Below, one piece after another: positions 9,725 to 19,194 of a stretch of DNA of 64,000 nt; position 1 is the stretch's first letter; every line of letters begins with the position of its first letter. A model generated the notes under the pieces. It had not been told where the DNA came from and searched no databases. It saw only the letters and a program-made list of their open reading frames with translations. The DNA is from an uncultured virus (IMG/VR IMGVR_UViG_3300032782_000008) (lineage: Duplodnaviria > Heunggongvirae > Uroviricota > Caudoviricetes): IMG/VR virus record IMGVR_UViG_3300032782_000008; one strand, 5' to 3'. The position numbers were made by a program, and so were the translations under genes.

Positions 9725-9963
9725 CAGATTTTCGCCACACCGAACACCGTCGAGTCGAAGGTGCACGACTGCACGAACGACACCGTGACACGGGTGTTTG
9801 AAGACGCTTTGTTATAATCCTCGAAGGAAGGCTTCTTGTTGAGCGCGTCGATCGCGGCATCAACATCGACCTCTTGCTTGACCGGCTCGCCCGCTTCGTC
9901 GATCGTTACTTCACTACGTTCATTCAAAACGCGTTCCCACTTGCGTTCTTCTTCAACGCTCAC
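9724..9963 (-). CDS. 79-aa protein ending in a copy of the capsid-like C-terminal strands
   Basis: C-terminus VTVSFVQSCTFDSTVFGVAKI matches the ends of ORFs 28344, 28710 and 31916; coupled to both neighbours. Confidence 0.7.
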   Translation of the reverse strand: MSVEEERKWERVLNERSEVTIDEAGEPVKQEVDVDAAIDALNKKPSFEDYNKASSNTRVTVSFVQSCTFDSTVFGVAKI

Positions 9964-11126
9964 TGAAAGATCTCCTCCATCACTTCCGGCTTCGCTCCTG
10001 CCGCGATGGCCTCGTCAGCGAGCTTGCGCGCCTGCTCCTTGCGGCCGAGCACCATTGCGCAGCCGGCGGCGATTCGCAGCGCTTGCCACTCACAATCGCG
10101 ATGCATCGCGTTCGGTTGCTCGCGTGCGACCCGCACCGCCTCGGCAGCGAAGAGCGCCCCTTGCTTAGCGTCCACGCGCGAGGTGTGCATCGCCAACAGG
10201 AGCCGCGCTTCGGGCATGTTCGGCGCCGCCTGTACAACCGCGAAGAGGCGCTGCGCCAGCTCGGCGTCGGTGTACACGCCGGCGTTGCCCATCATTCGGT
10301 AGTGCAGGACGAGAGAACGGGCAGTCGCTTCTGAGTCGGTGCTCTCGATTAGCTCGGCGTGCCGCCAGTACAGCGCAGCCGCTTGCAGCACGTGCGAGAG
10401 CCACCCGTCGCCCGGCTCGCCGCGCTTGTCGTCGGGCTTGGGCCACCATGCCGCGATGTTGGCGTGCGTCTCGGCGAGGTAGAAGATGTCGCCGGTGCGG
10501 TCGACCAACGGCTTCGACTCGTCGTTGACGAGCTTGGTGAGCGTCGGCAGATCGAACTCAAGGATGCGCCGCTTCTTGCGCTCTGAGTCTTCCCCCTCGA
10601 CATTATGGATGATCCGAACATCGGGAATGAGCGCTGCATTCCGCTCGCCATTTGGCCCGATCGGCAACTCCTGAATCGGTCGCTTATATCTCCACCCACC
10701 GTCGGTGCGCAGCACGCGCGCATACGGCCACTGCCGCGAGCCCGACTGCATCATCACGCAGTAGGCACCGACATCAGCCTCTCGGTTCTCCTCCAAGAAC
10801 GCGCGCAACTTGTCGCCGCCGACGAGCGTCTCGTCGCCCGAGAGCATGAGCGTGAACACGGGTCGCTCACCGTCGCAACTATGCACGTCGGCGTCGAGTC
10901 GCAGCGCCTCGTTGCGCGTGGTGGCGAAATCGATGAATGGCGCCTCTTCGAGATGCCCCGGCACGTCGTGCATGACTTCGCGCACGAGGTCCGGTGTGCC
11001 GTCGGTCGAGCCGGTGTCGACCACCGTCCACCAGTCGATGTATGGCTTGACCGACTCGAGCGTCTTCTGGAAGTTGCCGGCCTCGTTCTTGACGATGGAA
11101 ACCAAACTGAGCAATGGGCGAGCCAC
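9960..11126 (-). CDS. GT2 glycosyltransferase with helical (TPR-like) C-terminus
   Basis: LSLVSIVKNEA, VDTGSTDGT, FATTRNEAL, LMLSGDE; Ala-rich helical tail. Confidence 0.85.
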   Translation of the reverse strand: MARPLLSLVSIVKNEAGNFQKTLESVKPYIDWWTVVDTGSTDGTPDLVREVMHDVPGHLEEAPFIDFATTRNEALRLDADVHSCDGERPVFTLMLSGDETLVGGDKLRAFLEENREADVGAYCVMMQSGSRQWPYARVLRTDGGWRYKRPIQELPIGPNGERNAALIPDVRIIHNVEGEDSERKKRRILEFDLPTLTKLVNDESKPLVDRTGDIFYLAETHANIAAWWPKPDDKRGEPGDGWLSHVLQAAALYWRHAELIESTDSEATARSLVLHYRMMGNAGVYTDAELAQRLFAVVQAAPNMPEARLLLAMHTSRVDAKQGALFAAEAVRVAREQPNAMHRDCEWQALRIAAGCAMVLGRKEQARKLADEAIAAGAKPEVMEEIFQ

Positions 11127-11129
11127 AGC

Positions 11130-11687
11130 TCAGCTCTCGCGGGTCGCCGCGTCCATCAGCTCTTCGGCGGCGAGTTGCGTCGGATCAGTCACCTCGCCGG
11201 CGGCCGTCACACGCCGCTTGGGAGCCGGGCGGGCACCACCACGAAGCGGGACCAGCGACGACCCCTGCGCCGGCGGAGCGGGCTGGTCGGTACCCATCGC
11301 CCCGATCGCGGTGTCCATCTGCGCCTCGATGGCGGCCTGGTCGTCCGACAACGGCGTGCCGTCAGCACCCGTGCGCGGTCCGGTCGGCACCGGAGCCGCC
11401 GGCACTTGCTGAGCGACGGCTTCGAGCGGCGTGCCGGACTGGCTCGCCTGCGACTGTTGCATGAGCGCCTCGAAAATCTTCTTGTACTCCTGCACTGCTC
11501 GGGCACTGGTAATGGCCAGGTTGGTGACCACGTCGAGCTTGTCGGCGAGCGCGACCACCATCGACGTGAGCACCGGGTACCAGGCCGACGGATTGGTCTT
11601 CATTTCCTCTTCGATGCGAGTGAGTGCGGCACGGACCACGTCGCCCGTCAGCGCGAGCTTTTCCCTGTTCGTCGACATCCTCTTCAT
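11130..11687 (-). CDS. hypothetical protein with Pro/Ala-rich tail
   Basis: Coupled ORF with strong GC3 bias. Confidence 0.65.
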   Translation of the reverse strand: MKRMSTNREKLALTGDVVRAALTRIEEEMKTNPSAWYPVLTSMVVALADKLDVVTNLAITSARAVQEYKKIFEALMQQSQASQSGTPLEAVAQQVPAAPVPTGPRTGADGTPLSDDQAAIEAQMDTAIGAMGTDQPAPPAQGSSLVPLRGGARPAPKRRVTAAGEVTDPTQLAAEELMDAATRES

Positions 11688-12799
11688 CCTCCGTTGTTGG
11701 CTTGCTCGCGTCGCTGCTTGCGCGCGTTGAACATGAGAACCAGGGGCATCACCTGCTCCATCGAGCTGGCGAAGATCATCTGCAGCTGCCCCAACTGCTC
11801 ACCGGTGATCTCGTACGGACCGCCGGGCAGCAGCTTGTCCAGCTCGTCGACCGGCAACTGCCCGCCGGCAACTTGGAAAAGCGTCGAGATCTGCGCCACC
11901 GTCAACACGCCGGGTTGCAGCAGCGTCGAGGTGCTCTCATCCCAGATGCCGAGGAGCTTGTCCTGCTGCTCCTTGGTCATCTTGCCGCCCTCGGTGTCAC
12001 GCTTGAGGAACTTCTTCAGCTCGACGACATCAGGGTGCACCGGCTGCGGGATCACCGACTTGCCGGCGATGGCGTTGACGATGGGCGGCGCGATGGCCAC
12101 GCCCAGCTCCAACATCTTCTCGGCGCCCTTGACCCACAGCTCGTCCTTGCGCCGTTTCGCCTCACGATCTTCCTTCAGGTCGAGCGAGCGCTCGAAGGCG
12201 TCGAGCATCTTGAAATAGCGCGTCTCCATTGTGTCGAGGCGGTTCATCACGCGCTCGAGGGTGCGGTCCTGACGATCGACGATGCCAGCCCAACCATCCA
12301 CCGACATTTGGAACATTTCGCGCATGTGGCCCATCATCTGGACCCCGTGGCGCTTCTCGATCGACTGCTCCTCGTCGTCTTGCTCGATGTCGCCATTCTC
12401 ACCGAGGCGATAGCTCTGCCCTGGCTTGAGCTGAATGAGCGCGCGATCGTACGGCTCGGCGTCGCGTGAGAAGTTGATGGCACACAGCGCGTAGACCGTC
12501 GGCTTTTGCTTGACGTCGCAGTCGGTCTGCATGACCGCCGTCAGCTTGTTGGCGTCCTTGACGAGGGTCTCGCGATCGGGCTTGGAGTCGGTCGGCTGAT
12601 AGATGCGCTGCTTCAGCTTCGGCCCGTTCGTCATGTAGCCCTTGCCCGTCGCCAGGCGGACTTCGATCACGTTCGGGAATTCCTGCTCGCCGTTGAACAA
12701 GTCCTCGATCCACTCGAACACGCGCATGTTCGAAGCGATCGGGTTGACGCGGACCTTCTCCTCGGGCTCCTTCTTGTCCTCGATCTGGGGGTCGCTCAC
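11684..12799 (-). CDS. hypothetical protein with central coiled coil
   Basis: 371-aa coupled ORF with strong GC3 bias. Confidence 0.75.
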   Translation of the reverse strand: MSDPQIEDKKEPEEKVRVNPIASNMRVFEWIEDLFNGEQEFPNVIEVRLATGKGYMTNGPKLKQRIYQPTDSKPDRETLVKDANKLTAVMQTDCDVKQKPTVYALCAINFSRDAEPYDRALIQLKPGQSYRLGENGDIEQDDEEQSIEKRHGVQMMGHMREMFQMSVDGWAGIVDRQDRTLERVMNRLDTMETRYFKMLDAFERSLDLKEDREAKRRKDELWVKGAEKMLELGVAIAPPIVNAIAGKSVIPQPVHPDVVELKKFLKRDTEGGKMTKEQQDKLLGIWDESTSTLLQPGVLTVAQISTLFQVAGGQLPVDELDKLLPGGPYEITGEQLGQLQMIFASSMEQVMPLVLMFNARKQRREQANNGG

Positions 12800-13035
12800 T
12801 GGCCACCTTGCTTGCGAAACTTCACCAACTGCGCGCGGAGCATCTCCAACGAGCCCTTACGCACCGACACGCCGGCGATGGCTGAAGTGATCACGCCGCG
12901 CGAGATGCTCAACTTGGTGGCGGTGGCGTTGAGACCGAGACGCTCGACGATGCTCTTCAACTCTTCGCGCTCGGCATCTTCGAGCAGGTGAGAGACAGGT
13001 GCGACGTTGCTCACGTGATCAAATCTGCACAACAA
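12796..13035 (-). CDS. HTH DNA-binding protein (start may be GTG 13014)
   Basis: LNATATKLSISRGVITSAIAG HTH-like segment. Confidence 0.6.
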   Translation of the reverse strand: MLCRFDHVSNVAPVSHLLEDAEREELKSIVERLGLNATATKLSISRGVITSAIAGVSVRKGSLEMLRAQLVKFRKQGGQ

Positions 13036-13078
13036 AATTCGCCAATTCGAGCAAAAAATTCAACCAGTTGACTGATTC

Positions 13079-13107
13079 TTTACATCTTTTGCTCAATAGG
13101 TTAATGT
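13079..13107 (+). promoter_or_regulatory. sigma70-type promoter, probably leaderless, for the HTH gene at 13115
   Basis: TTTACA-17-TAATGT ending 7 nt before the ATG; no SD sequence. Confidence 0.55.
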
Positions 13108-13114
13108 ACCAAGT

Positions 13115-13330
13115 ATGGCGAAACCCACGTGGCAAAAAGGGATTCCGCTGAAGACGTCGGTTCAGGAATGTTTGCGCGAGCTACTTCGCGAGAAGGATGA
13201 ACGCGAAGTAGCAGAACTGATTGGTGTAGGGAGACCCGCCATCGTACGTGCAGCAGCTGGACTGGGTCTACGGCGAGGAACAGCGTTCATGATCGAGACG
13301 CGACTCGCAGCGATGAAGAGCGCCGCCTAA
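13115..13330 (+). CDS. HTH DNA-binding protein
   Basis: EREVAELIGVGRPAIVRAAAG; similar to the divergent neighbour. Confidence 0.7.
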   Translation: MAKPTWQKGIPLKTSVQECLRELLREKDEREVAELIGVGRPAIVRAAAGLGLRRGTAFMIETRLAAMKSAA

Positions 13331-13842
13331 GCCAACGACACCGCAGCCTTGTGCGTCGCGAAGTCGACGAAGAAATCGATGTGAAAGTTCGTCGGCGTCA
13401 AGTTCGTCGTCACGGTCACACCGAGCGTCACGACGTTACCGTTGGTCGCCCAAGAGAACGTGGGCGTCATCCCGCCATTGGTGACCGTGTTCGTGGTACC
13501 CGTCGGCGTCTGCGCCGTCGTGAAGGCTCCACCGCTCGTGCGTGCCACGTTGGCGTTGAGCGTGCCCGACTGAATCTGCGAGTTGACGCCGTCGGTGCAC
13601 TCCACGGCGTAGGTGAGCTTGACCGCGCTCGTCAAGTCGGGGATGAGCGAGAAGTCCACCGATAGCAACGGCTGCAGAACCGACGCCGTCAGTGGTTTGC
13701 TGGTGAAGGCGAAGTTTGGATGTGGCGAAACCACATTGTTGAGCGTCGTCTTGTCCGAGGCAGACATGAGGCCGGGACCTGACGTCGACGAGTCATTGAC
13801 GTCGACCCAACCAGCTCCGCCTTGCGTTACAAAACGCGCCAC
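13327..13842 (-). CDS. putative spike/fibre or receptor-binding protein
   Basis: GLMSASDKTTLNNV fibre-type motif followed by a Thr-rich beta domain. Confidence 0.55.
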   Translation of the reverse strand: MARFVTQGGAGWVDVNDSSTSGPGLMSASDKTTLNNVVSPHPNFAFTSKPLTASVLQPLLSVDFSLIPDLTSAVKLTYAVECTDGVNSQIQSGTLNANVARTSGGAFTTAQTPTGTTNTVTNGGMTPTFSWATNGNVVTLGVTVTTNLTPTNFHIDFFVDFATHKAAVSLA

Positions 13843-13880
13843 GGCTCACCCCTTATTAAATTGAACCAGAAACGCCGCGC

Positions 13881-14324
13881 TTAGAGGGCGCGGTGTTTTG
13901 TCAGCATAGATGGCGCAGTCGCAGCAACCGCAGCCCGCAACGAGGGGTGCTGCTCGTTGTACATCTGTCTCGCCGTAATAATATCGATCGCGCCTTGTGC
14001 ACCTTGAACAGCACGCCCGATCATAGCACTCAATTGTGCTGCCTTCTGAGGCGAAGATGCATCAAACCCATTCGTGTAAATCGGGGCGAAACTTGCCAAG
14101 ATCATCTGCAACACACTCTTGGCTGCTTCCAACACTAGGTTCTCGTTCGAAATGTCCGGTCCTTGTCCGCTCGGAGCCGCTCGTGCAGCACCGCTCGCCG
14201 TATTACTCGCCGACGACGGATAACGCGCAGGCGGCGGAGACGCGAGCGTTCTTCCAGGCGCATCCCTCGTCGACATCCCTAGAATCTCACCCCACTCCTT
14301 GTCACTGAAACGATCTCCAGCCAT
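13881..14324 (-). CDS. hypothetical virion protein
   Basis: AAGGAGA SD; contains EILG motif. Confidence 0.6.
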   Translation of the reverse strand: MAGDRFSDKEWGEILGMSTRDAPGRTLASPPPARYPSSASNTASGAARAAPSGQGPDISNENLVLEAAKSVLQMILASFAPIYTNGFDASSPQKAAQLSAMIGRAVQGAQGAIDIITARQMYNEQHPSLRAAVAATAPSMLTKHRAL

Positions 14325-14334
14325 GTTTTTCTCC

Positions 14335-15078
14335 TTACCCTTTTTTGAAACAATCAAGCGGGTCGACGATATCCGAGTAGACGTTCAAAGGATCGGCCCC
14401 GAGGACGCCGCCGCCCACGACCTGATCCGAAGCGCCGAAGCCAAACGGCGCGCCGACGTTGTAGACGCTGTCGACAAACGGAAACCACTTGAGCGGCGAG
14501 TGCTTCGTCATCGACAGAAAATGCGAGTCGTTCGCCGTCGCGTAGCGCTCGAGGCTCTCCCACGAGCCAGCGACACCAGCCGCCTTCGCCTCGTCGACGA
14601 TCTTCTTGACCGCTCCAGTGCCCATCGAGTGCGCGAGCTTCACCAGCCGCCAGTAGTACGTCGAGCCCTTGGGAGCCACGCCAAGCTTGTCGACGTCCCC
14701 CATGTACTTGCCAATGAGCGCCAGGCCGCCGTTGATCGAGTAGACCGGATCGGTCGACAGGCGCTGATGGTCGAGCCCGAGCGTCTTCGACTCGTCGGGC
14801 ATCAGCTGGAAGTAACCACGCTCATCGTACTTGGTCGTGTCGTCGAGCTTGCCACCGGACTCCTTGGCGATCCAGCCGACGAGCAAACCAAGCGGAATGC
14901 CTGACGACTGCGCCGCCTTCTTCAATTCGTCGAGGATAGCGTCGACGCGCTTGTAGCCAGTCGTGCCGGGCGTCGGCGGTTCGTCGGGCTCGTGCACGGG
15001 CGGCTCGTCCTCCTTCGCCGAGAAGATAAAGAAGAGCGAGGCAAGCGCGCCGGCGGTGATTAACAACGGGCCGAGCAT
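14335..15078 (-). CDS. membrane-anchored lytic transglycosylase (SLT-like)
   Basis: N-terminal TM helix, WIAKESGG catalytic Glu, GYFQLMP, DPVYSINGG. Confidence 0.85.
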   Translation of the reverse strand: MLGPLLITAGALASLFFIFSAKEDEPPVHEPDEPPTPGTTGYKRVDAILDELKKAAQSSGIPLGLLVGWIAKESGGKLDDTTKYDERGYFQLMPDESKTLGLDHQRLSTDPVYSINGGLALIGKYMGDVDKLGVAPKGSTYYWRLVKLAHSMGTGAVKKIVDEAKAAGVAGSWESLERYATANDSHFLSMTKHSPLKWFPFVDSVYNVGAPFGFGASDQVVGGGVLGADPLNVYSDIVDPLDCFKKG

Positions 15079-15082
15079 GTTA

Positions 15083-15337
15083 TTACTTTTGGCCTCTCAA
15101 ATAGAGACCCATACCAATACCACCAATCACTGGACCGCCAAACAGAGCACCTATAAGTGCTCCAACACCTGTATGCGGTTTTGCCACTTTGGCGCCAATC
15201 ACTCCTCCTACAATGAAACCACCAGCAAGCACACTAATGAGGACCAGCGGTGAAGTTTGATGTTCTTCTTTGACAGCCGTTTCCGACATGCCAGTGATTT
15301 TCACTCCTTGATTATACAATCGATGCATTGTATTCAT
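15083..15337 (-). CDS. small Gly-rich membrane protein with two TM helices
   Basis: Two hydrophobic Gly-zipper helices; start uncertain. Confidence 0.65.
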   Translation of the reverse strand: MNTMHRLYNQGVKITGMSETAVKEEHQTSPLVLISVLAGGFIVGGVIGAKVAKPHTGVGALIGALFGGPVIGGIGMGLYLRGQK

Positions 15338-15351
15338 TGTGTCTCTCCTTC

Positions 15352-18048
15352 TCATCTGCCCATTGCTGCGCGGGTCGCCGTCACCGCGACAGCCTTACCC
15401 GTATCACTCGTGATCGCCTTGTAGAGCGCGTACAAGATGCCGCCACCGAGAACGACCGTGCCGCCGATGAGCGCCACGCTGGTCCACTTGATCGTCGAGG
15501 CGGCGGCATCCGCAGCCTTGCCCACGCCCGTGGATAGCTGCTGCACGCTCTCCTTGACGTCTTCCCACTTGAGTGAACCATCGAGGACACTCTCGGCTTG
15601 ATTGACGAGCTGCGAACCGTCGACGAAGTATGACCGCACGTCCTCCCAAATCGGACTCGTAGCGTCGTCATCTGGAAGCGCTACAACTTTGTCCGACAAC
15701 GCCTTGGCGCGATTGTCGAGCGCAATGACCGAGTCGTGTAGTGGAAACTCGTTCGTCGGCACGATCGCCTTGGCGATGATGTCCTGCATGGCCTTGGTCG
15801 CGCGCTGAGCGAGCGCGAGACCGTGATCGAGCCACGCCATCTTCAAGTTGTGGTTCGTCGGCTCGAGCGTGTCGAAGCGCTCTTTGAGCCCGTCGACGTC
15901 GATGGCACCGAGCACGTGACGATACAACCGCTTGCCACGAGCCTCGGCGAGCGCGACTCCGAGCACGATGTCGGGATGGACTTGCTTACCAACCACGGTG
16001 GCACCGAACGGATCTCCGCCGAAGTCCGAACTGTCGAAGTCGCTCCCGTCGGACATCGAATCGTCCATCGAACCGAAGTCGTCGACGAAGCTATCGTCGT
16101 ATCCTCCGCCGCCTTGATCGACATCTTCGAGCATCGACTGCGCAACTGCGTAATCGTCCTCCCCGCCGCCTTGTCCACCCTGATCGTCGCCCCAGTCGAC
16201 ACCAGAATCGTCACCGCCACCCCCGCCGCTATCGAAACCGCCTCCACCGCCTCCACCGTACGATGCACCGCCAGCAGGTGAAGCTCCGTACGGCGACATC
16301 GCCGCGGACGACATCATCATCTGCAACTGCTGAGCAGCCTGGTTCGCCGCATTCGACGCATTGTTGGCGTTGGTGGTGGCAGTGTTCGCCTGCGCAAGCC
16401 ACGCGGACGCGTCGGAGTTGGCGGCGAGCGCCGCGCCTTGCTGCCCGAGCGTTGTCGCCGCCTGACCGGCGGTCGTGGCTGCCTGCGCCAGCTGCATGAG
16501 CCCCATCGCACTCAGCGGCGTCCCATTCGGCTGCATGATCATCGACGACGCAAGTTGTTGCTGCAGCGTCGGATTCATCTGCGCCTGCTGCGCCAACATC
16601 ATCGCGTTCTGACCAGCCATCGTCGCCGCTTGTCCAGCAGCGTTGACGGCCTGGATTGCAGTCGTCACCGCCGACGATCCGGCGGTCGCTTTCGGAGTCA
16701 CATTCAAAGTTGGTGTTCCGCTGAACCACGCTCCTTGCCAATTACCCGGTTGGATAGCGGCAACTTGTTGCACCCAAGCATTTGCAGAGCTGATATAGGA
16801 ATTCGCCTGCGAAGCAAGAGACGAGTTTCCCGACGTAGTGCTAAGTGTATCGAGAAGACTGTTTCCTTGTTTGATAAGCTTAGATCCGCTGACGTCCAAC
16901 GCATTCAACGATTTGCTAGTAGCGGCAATACTCTGATCAGTTTGCCAACCGCCAGCCCCCAACATGCCCACTAATCTTTTGACCTGATCATCGAGATCTT
17001 GAATTTGAGACAGAACGTCGGCTACTTGCGCCGTGATATCAGCAACTGTAGCCGACGCATCAACATACGTTGTCGTATCGTCGCCGATGATATCCACCAT
17101 AGAGCCAAAGATCCCGCCAAGCACATCGCCTTTGATGGCGGCAGCCTGCTGTGTCAGTTTGGATCCCGACGACTTCAACTTCGCTGCAAGTTGCGGATTA
17201 TGCTTAGCCAACTTGCTAGCAGATGCTTGTAGTTTTTGTGCTGCAGAAGTCGCGTGTGCTTTGACCGCCTGCTTACGTGCATCTTGTGCCTTATCTTGCG
17301 TAGTCGCGGCCTTCTGCGTGCTCTTCTTCGCTTCGTCCGCTGCCTTCTTGGCCGCGTCTTGCGCCTTCTTCTGCGCGTCGGTCAACGTCGGTGGTTTGGT
17401 CGCCGCAGCGGCATCCTTAGCCTTGGCCACGGCTTTGACCGCGTCGGCGGAGGCGGCATGCGCCTTGTTCAGGTCTGCCGGATGACCCGTCTTCTTGGCC
17501 AGATCGATCGCCTTTTTTGCTGCCGATTGCGCGATGGACGCTTTCTGTTGCGCCACCTGTGCCTGTTGCACTTTGGCCGCCTGAGCAGCTGCGCGCTGCT
17601 GCGCCGGCGGGAGCGCCGCACCGCCTCGAGTGACAGGCAGCTGCCGCGCTACGGGCGCAGGCGTCGTCCCGCCTCGCGTCGTGGTCGCAGCCGCACCGAG
17701 GATCTGATAGCCGCCGCGACCAGCCAGCGCGCCGAGGATGCACGCACCAACCACGGTCGAATCGCTCGCGGTCGTCGAGCTGTCTGTCGTCTGCGGGGTC
17801 GTCGCGTCAGCCGGCTGCACCTGCGTCGAAGAGTCTGACGGCGAGGTGCTTGGAGCCGTGCTCGAAGGCGCCGTCGCGGCTGGCTGCGCACCTTGCTGCG
17901 TCTGCTGCATTGCCGCGAGTTGAGCCTGCAGCTGCGCCTGGCGACGCTGTGCTCGGAGCAGGTGCGCAGCGATCTGCGGGTTCGGCGTGACAGTGCCCGG
18001 ATCGACTCCGAGCGCCATCAGCTCCTTGTCGTTCAATCGCTCGCTCAT
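15352..18048 (-). CDS. large Ala/Gln-rich segmented virion protein with C-terminal TM helix
   Basis: ATG 18048 in an ATGA overlap; Ala/Lys, Gln, Gly and Asp-rich blocks; TM VALIGGTVVLGGGILYALY. Confidence 0.75.
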   Translation of the reverse strand: MSERLNDKELMALGVDPGTVTPNPQIAAHLLRAQRRQAQLQAQLAAMQQTQQGAQPAATAPSSTAPSTSPSDSSTQVQPADATTPQTTDSSTTASDSTVVGACILGALAGRGGYQILGAAATTTRGGTTPAPVARQLPVTRGGAALPPAQQRAAAQAAKVQQAQVAQQKASIAQSAAKKAIDLAKKTGHPADLNKAHAASADAVKAVAKAKDAAAATKPPTLTDAQKKAQDAAKKAADEAKKSTQKAATTQDKAQDARKQAVKAHATSAAQKLQASASKLAKHNPQLAAKLKSSGSKLTQQAAAIKGDVLGGIFGSMVDIIGDDTTTYVDASATVADITAQVADVLSQIQDLDDQVKRLVGMLGAGGWQTDQSIAATSKSLNALDVSGSKLIKQGNSLLDTLSTTSGNSSLASQANSYISSANAWVQQVAAIQPGNWQGAWFSGTPTLNVTPKATAGSSAVTTAIQAVNAAGQAATMAGQNAMMLAQQAQMNPTLQQQLASSMIMQPNGTPLSAMGLMQLAQAATTAGQAATTLGQQGAALAANSDASAWLAQANTATTNANNASNAANQAAQQLQMMMSSAAMSPYGASPAGGASYGGGGGGGFDSGGGGGDDSGVDWGDDQGGQGGGEDDYAVAQSMLEDVDQGGGGYDDSFVDDFGSMDDSMSDGSDFDSSDFGGDPFGATVVGKQVHPDIVLGVALAEARGKRLYRHVLGAIDVDGLKERFDTLEPTNHNLKMAWLDHGLALAQRATKAMQDIIAKAIVPTNEFPLHDSVIALDNRAKALSDKVVALPDDDATSPIWEDVRSYFVDGSQLVNQAESVLDGSLKWEDVKESVQQLSTGVGKAADAAASTIKWTSVALIGGTVVLGGGILYALYKAITSDTGKAVAVTATRAAMGR

Positions 18049-18551
18049 CGACGCACCGCCGAGATGATACCGAACGCCAACGCCAACGAGGCGACGCCGC
18101 CAAACACCGCCTGCCAGCCTTTGATCGGTGCTCCCGACCAAACCGGACGCGTCCAAAAATTGTCGGGCGCCGACGGTGCAGTTGATGTGGCTGCCGACGG
18201 CATCGCCGGCATGGACGACGGGAAGACCGACGACAAAAACGAGGTCGCCATCGAGGGAGCAGAGACACTCGGTTGACCACCCTGTGGAGCCATCACACCG
18301 AGCGCCATGAGAACGCTGTAATCGACGTCCCCCGTCGGCGTCTGACCGGCCGCCGTCTGCATGCTGCGGATGGCGGCCGCCGTCTTGGGGCCGTAAATCC
18401 CGTCGATCTTGCCTGGATCAAAACCCTTGGCCTTGAGCGCAGTCTGCACAGCACGCACGGTCGTCGAGTCGTCGTTGTACATCACGCCCGCCTTCGGGAT
18501 GCTCGTGACATCGCCGGCGAGTGCGTAAGCGCCAATGGTGATCGCTCGCAT
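18045..18551 (-). CDS. peptidoglycan-binding (PG_binding_1) protein with C-terminal TM helix
   Basis: VRAVQTALKAKGFDPGKIDGIYGPKTAAAIRSMQ...TGDVD. Confidence 0.85.
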   Translation of the reverse strand: MRAITIGAYALAGDVTSIPKAGVMYNDDSTTVRAVQTALKAKGFDPGKIDGIYGPKTAAAIRSMQTAAGQTPTGDVDYSVLMALGVMAPQGGQPSVSAPSMATSFLSSVFPSSMPAMPSAATSTAPSAPDNFWTRPVWSGAPIKGWQAVFGGVASLALAFGIISAVRR

Positions 18552-18790
18552 TATTTCACCAGCTTCTTCGTCAGTGTGACAACTGCGAAACCGATCAAAC
18601 CCAACCCAGCCCCGACAACCAACAACGCTGGTGTGCCTGTCAGAGTTCGCGTTTTGCCTGAGGTCGTGAGCGATACGCTCGCAGGACCGCCATCGCCGTG
18701 GATAATGCCCGGGATGTACGCGCCGATCGTCGACTTGCGCTTCTCAAGCGCACCCAAGACCGCGCAACCGATCGTATACGAGCTGTTCAT
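18551..18790 (-). CDS. small membrane protein
   Basis: Begins MNSSYTIGCAVLG; C-terminal TM helix. Confidence 0.65.
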   Translation of the reverse strand: MNSSYTIGCAVLGALEKRKSTIGAYIPGIIHGDGGPASVSLTTSGKTRTLTGTPALLVVGAGLGLIGFAVVTLTKKLVK

Positions 18791-19194
18791 TTGCTTCTCC
18801 TGTACGCGTCCACAGCACCTGCGACGATCCACCCGACGGAGAACCCGACCATAGATCCGATCACCTTGCCCGTCTTAGTCTTGCGCCCGCTGCTGCCGAT
18901 CAAGGCGCCTGCCACCGCGGTGCCGGTCATCGCCATGTTGCGGACGGCAGAACCTTTGTGCTCGGAAATCAGCATAGGTAAGTTTCGACCGAGCGACGCG
19001 CCGCCAATGAGCCCGAGAATGCGGTGCCCCGGAAACACCATCGCACCGATGGCGCCGCCGGCGAGCGTACCGACGTTGTCGGGCACCTCAGGCGCTTGCA
19101 CCGCGCCGATTCGCTCGAAAAAACGCGACATCACCTGAGGCTGTTTTTTGGCCAGCTCGGCGAGCGTTTGCGGCTTTGCCAGTGCATGACTCAT
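18787..19194 (-). CDS. Gly-zipper membrane protein
   Basis: Several hydrophobic Gly-rich helices. Confidence 0.65.
   Translation of the reverse strand: MSHALAKPQTLAELAKKQPQVMSRFFERIGAVQAPEVPDNVGTLAGGAIGAMVFPGHRILGLIGGASLGRNLPMLISEHKGSAVRNMAMTGTAVAGALIGSSGRKTKTGKVIGSMVGFSVGWIVAGAVDAYRRSK

Noticed and set aside
845..11126. Host chromosomal O-antigen or EPS locus
   Set aside because: No flippase, polymerase or export genes; interleaved with phage-type ORFans and a capsid-derived fragment
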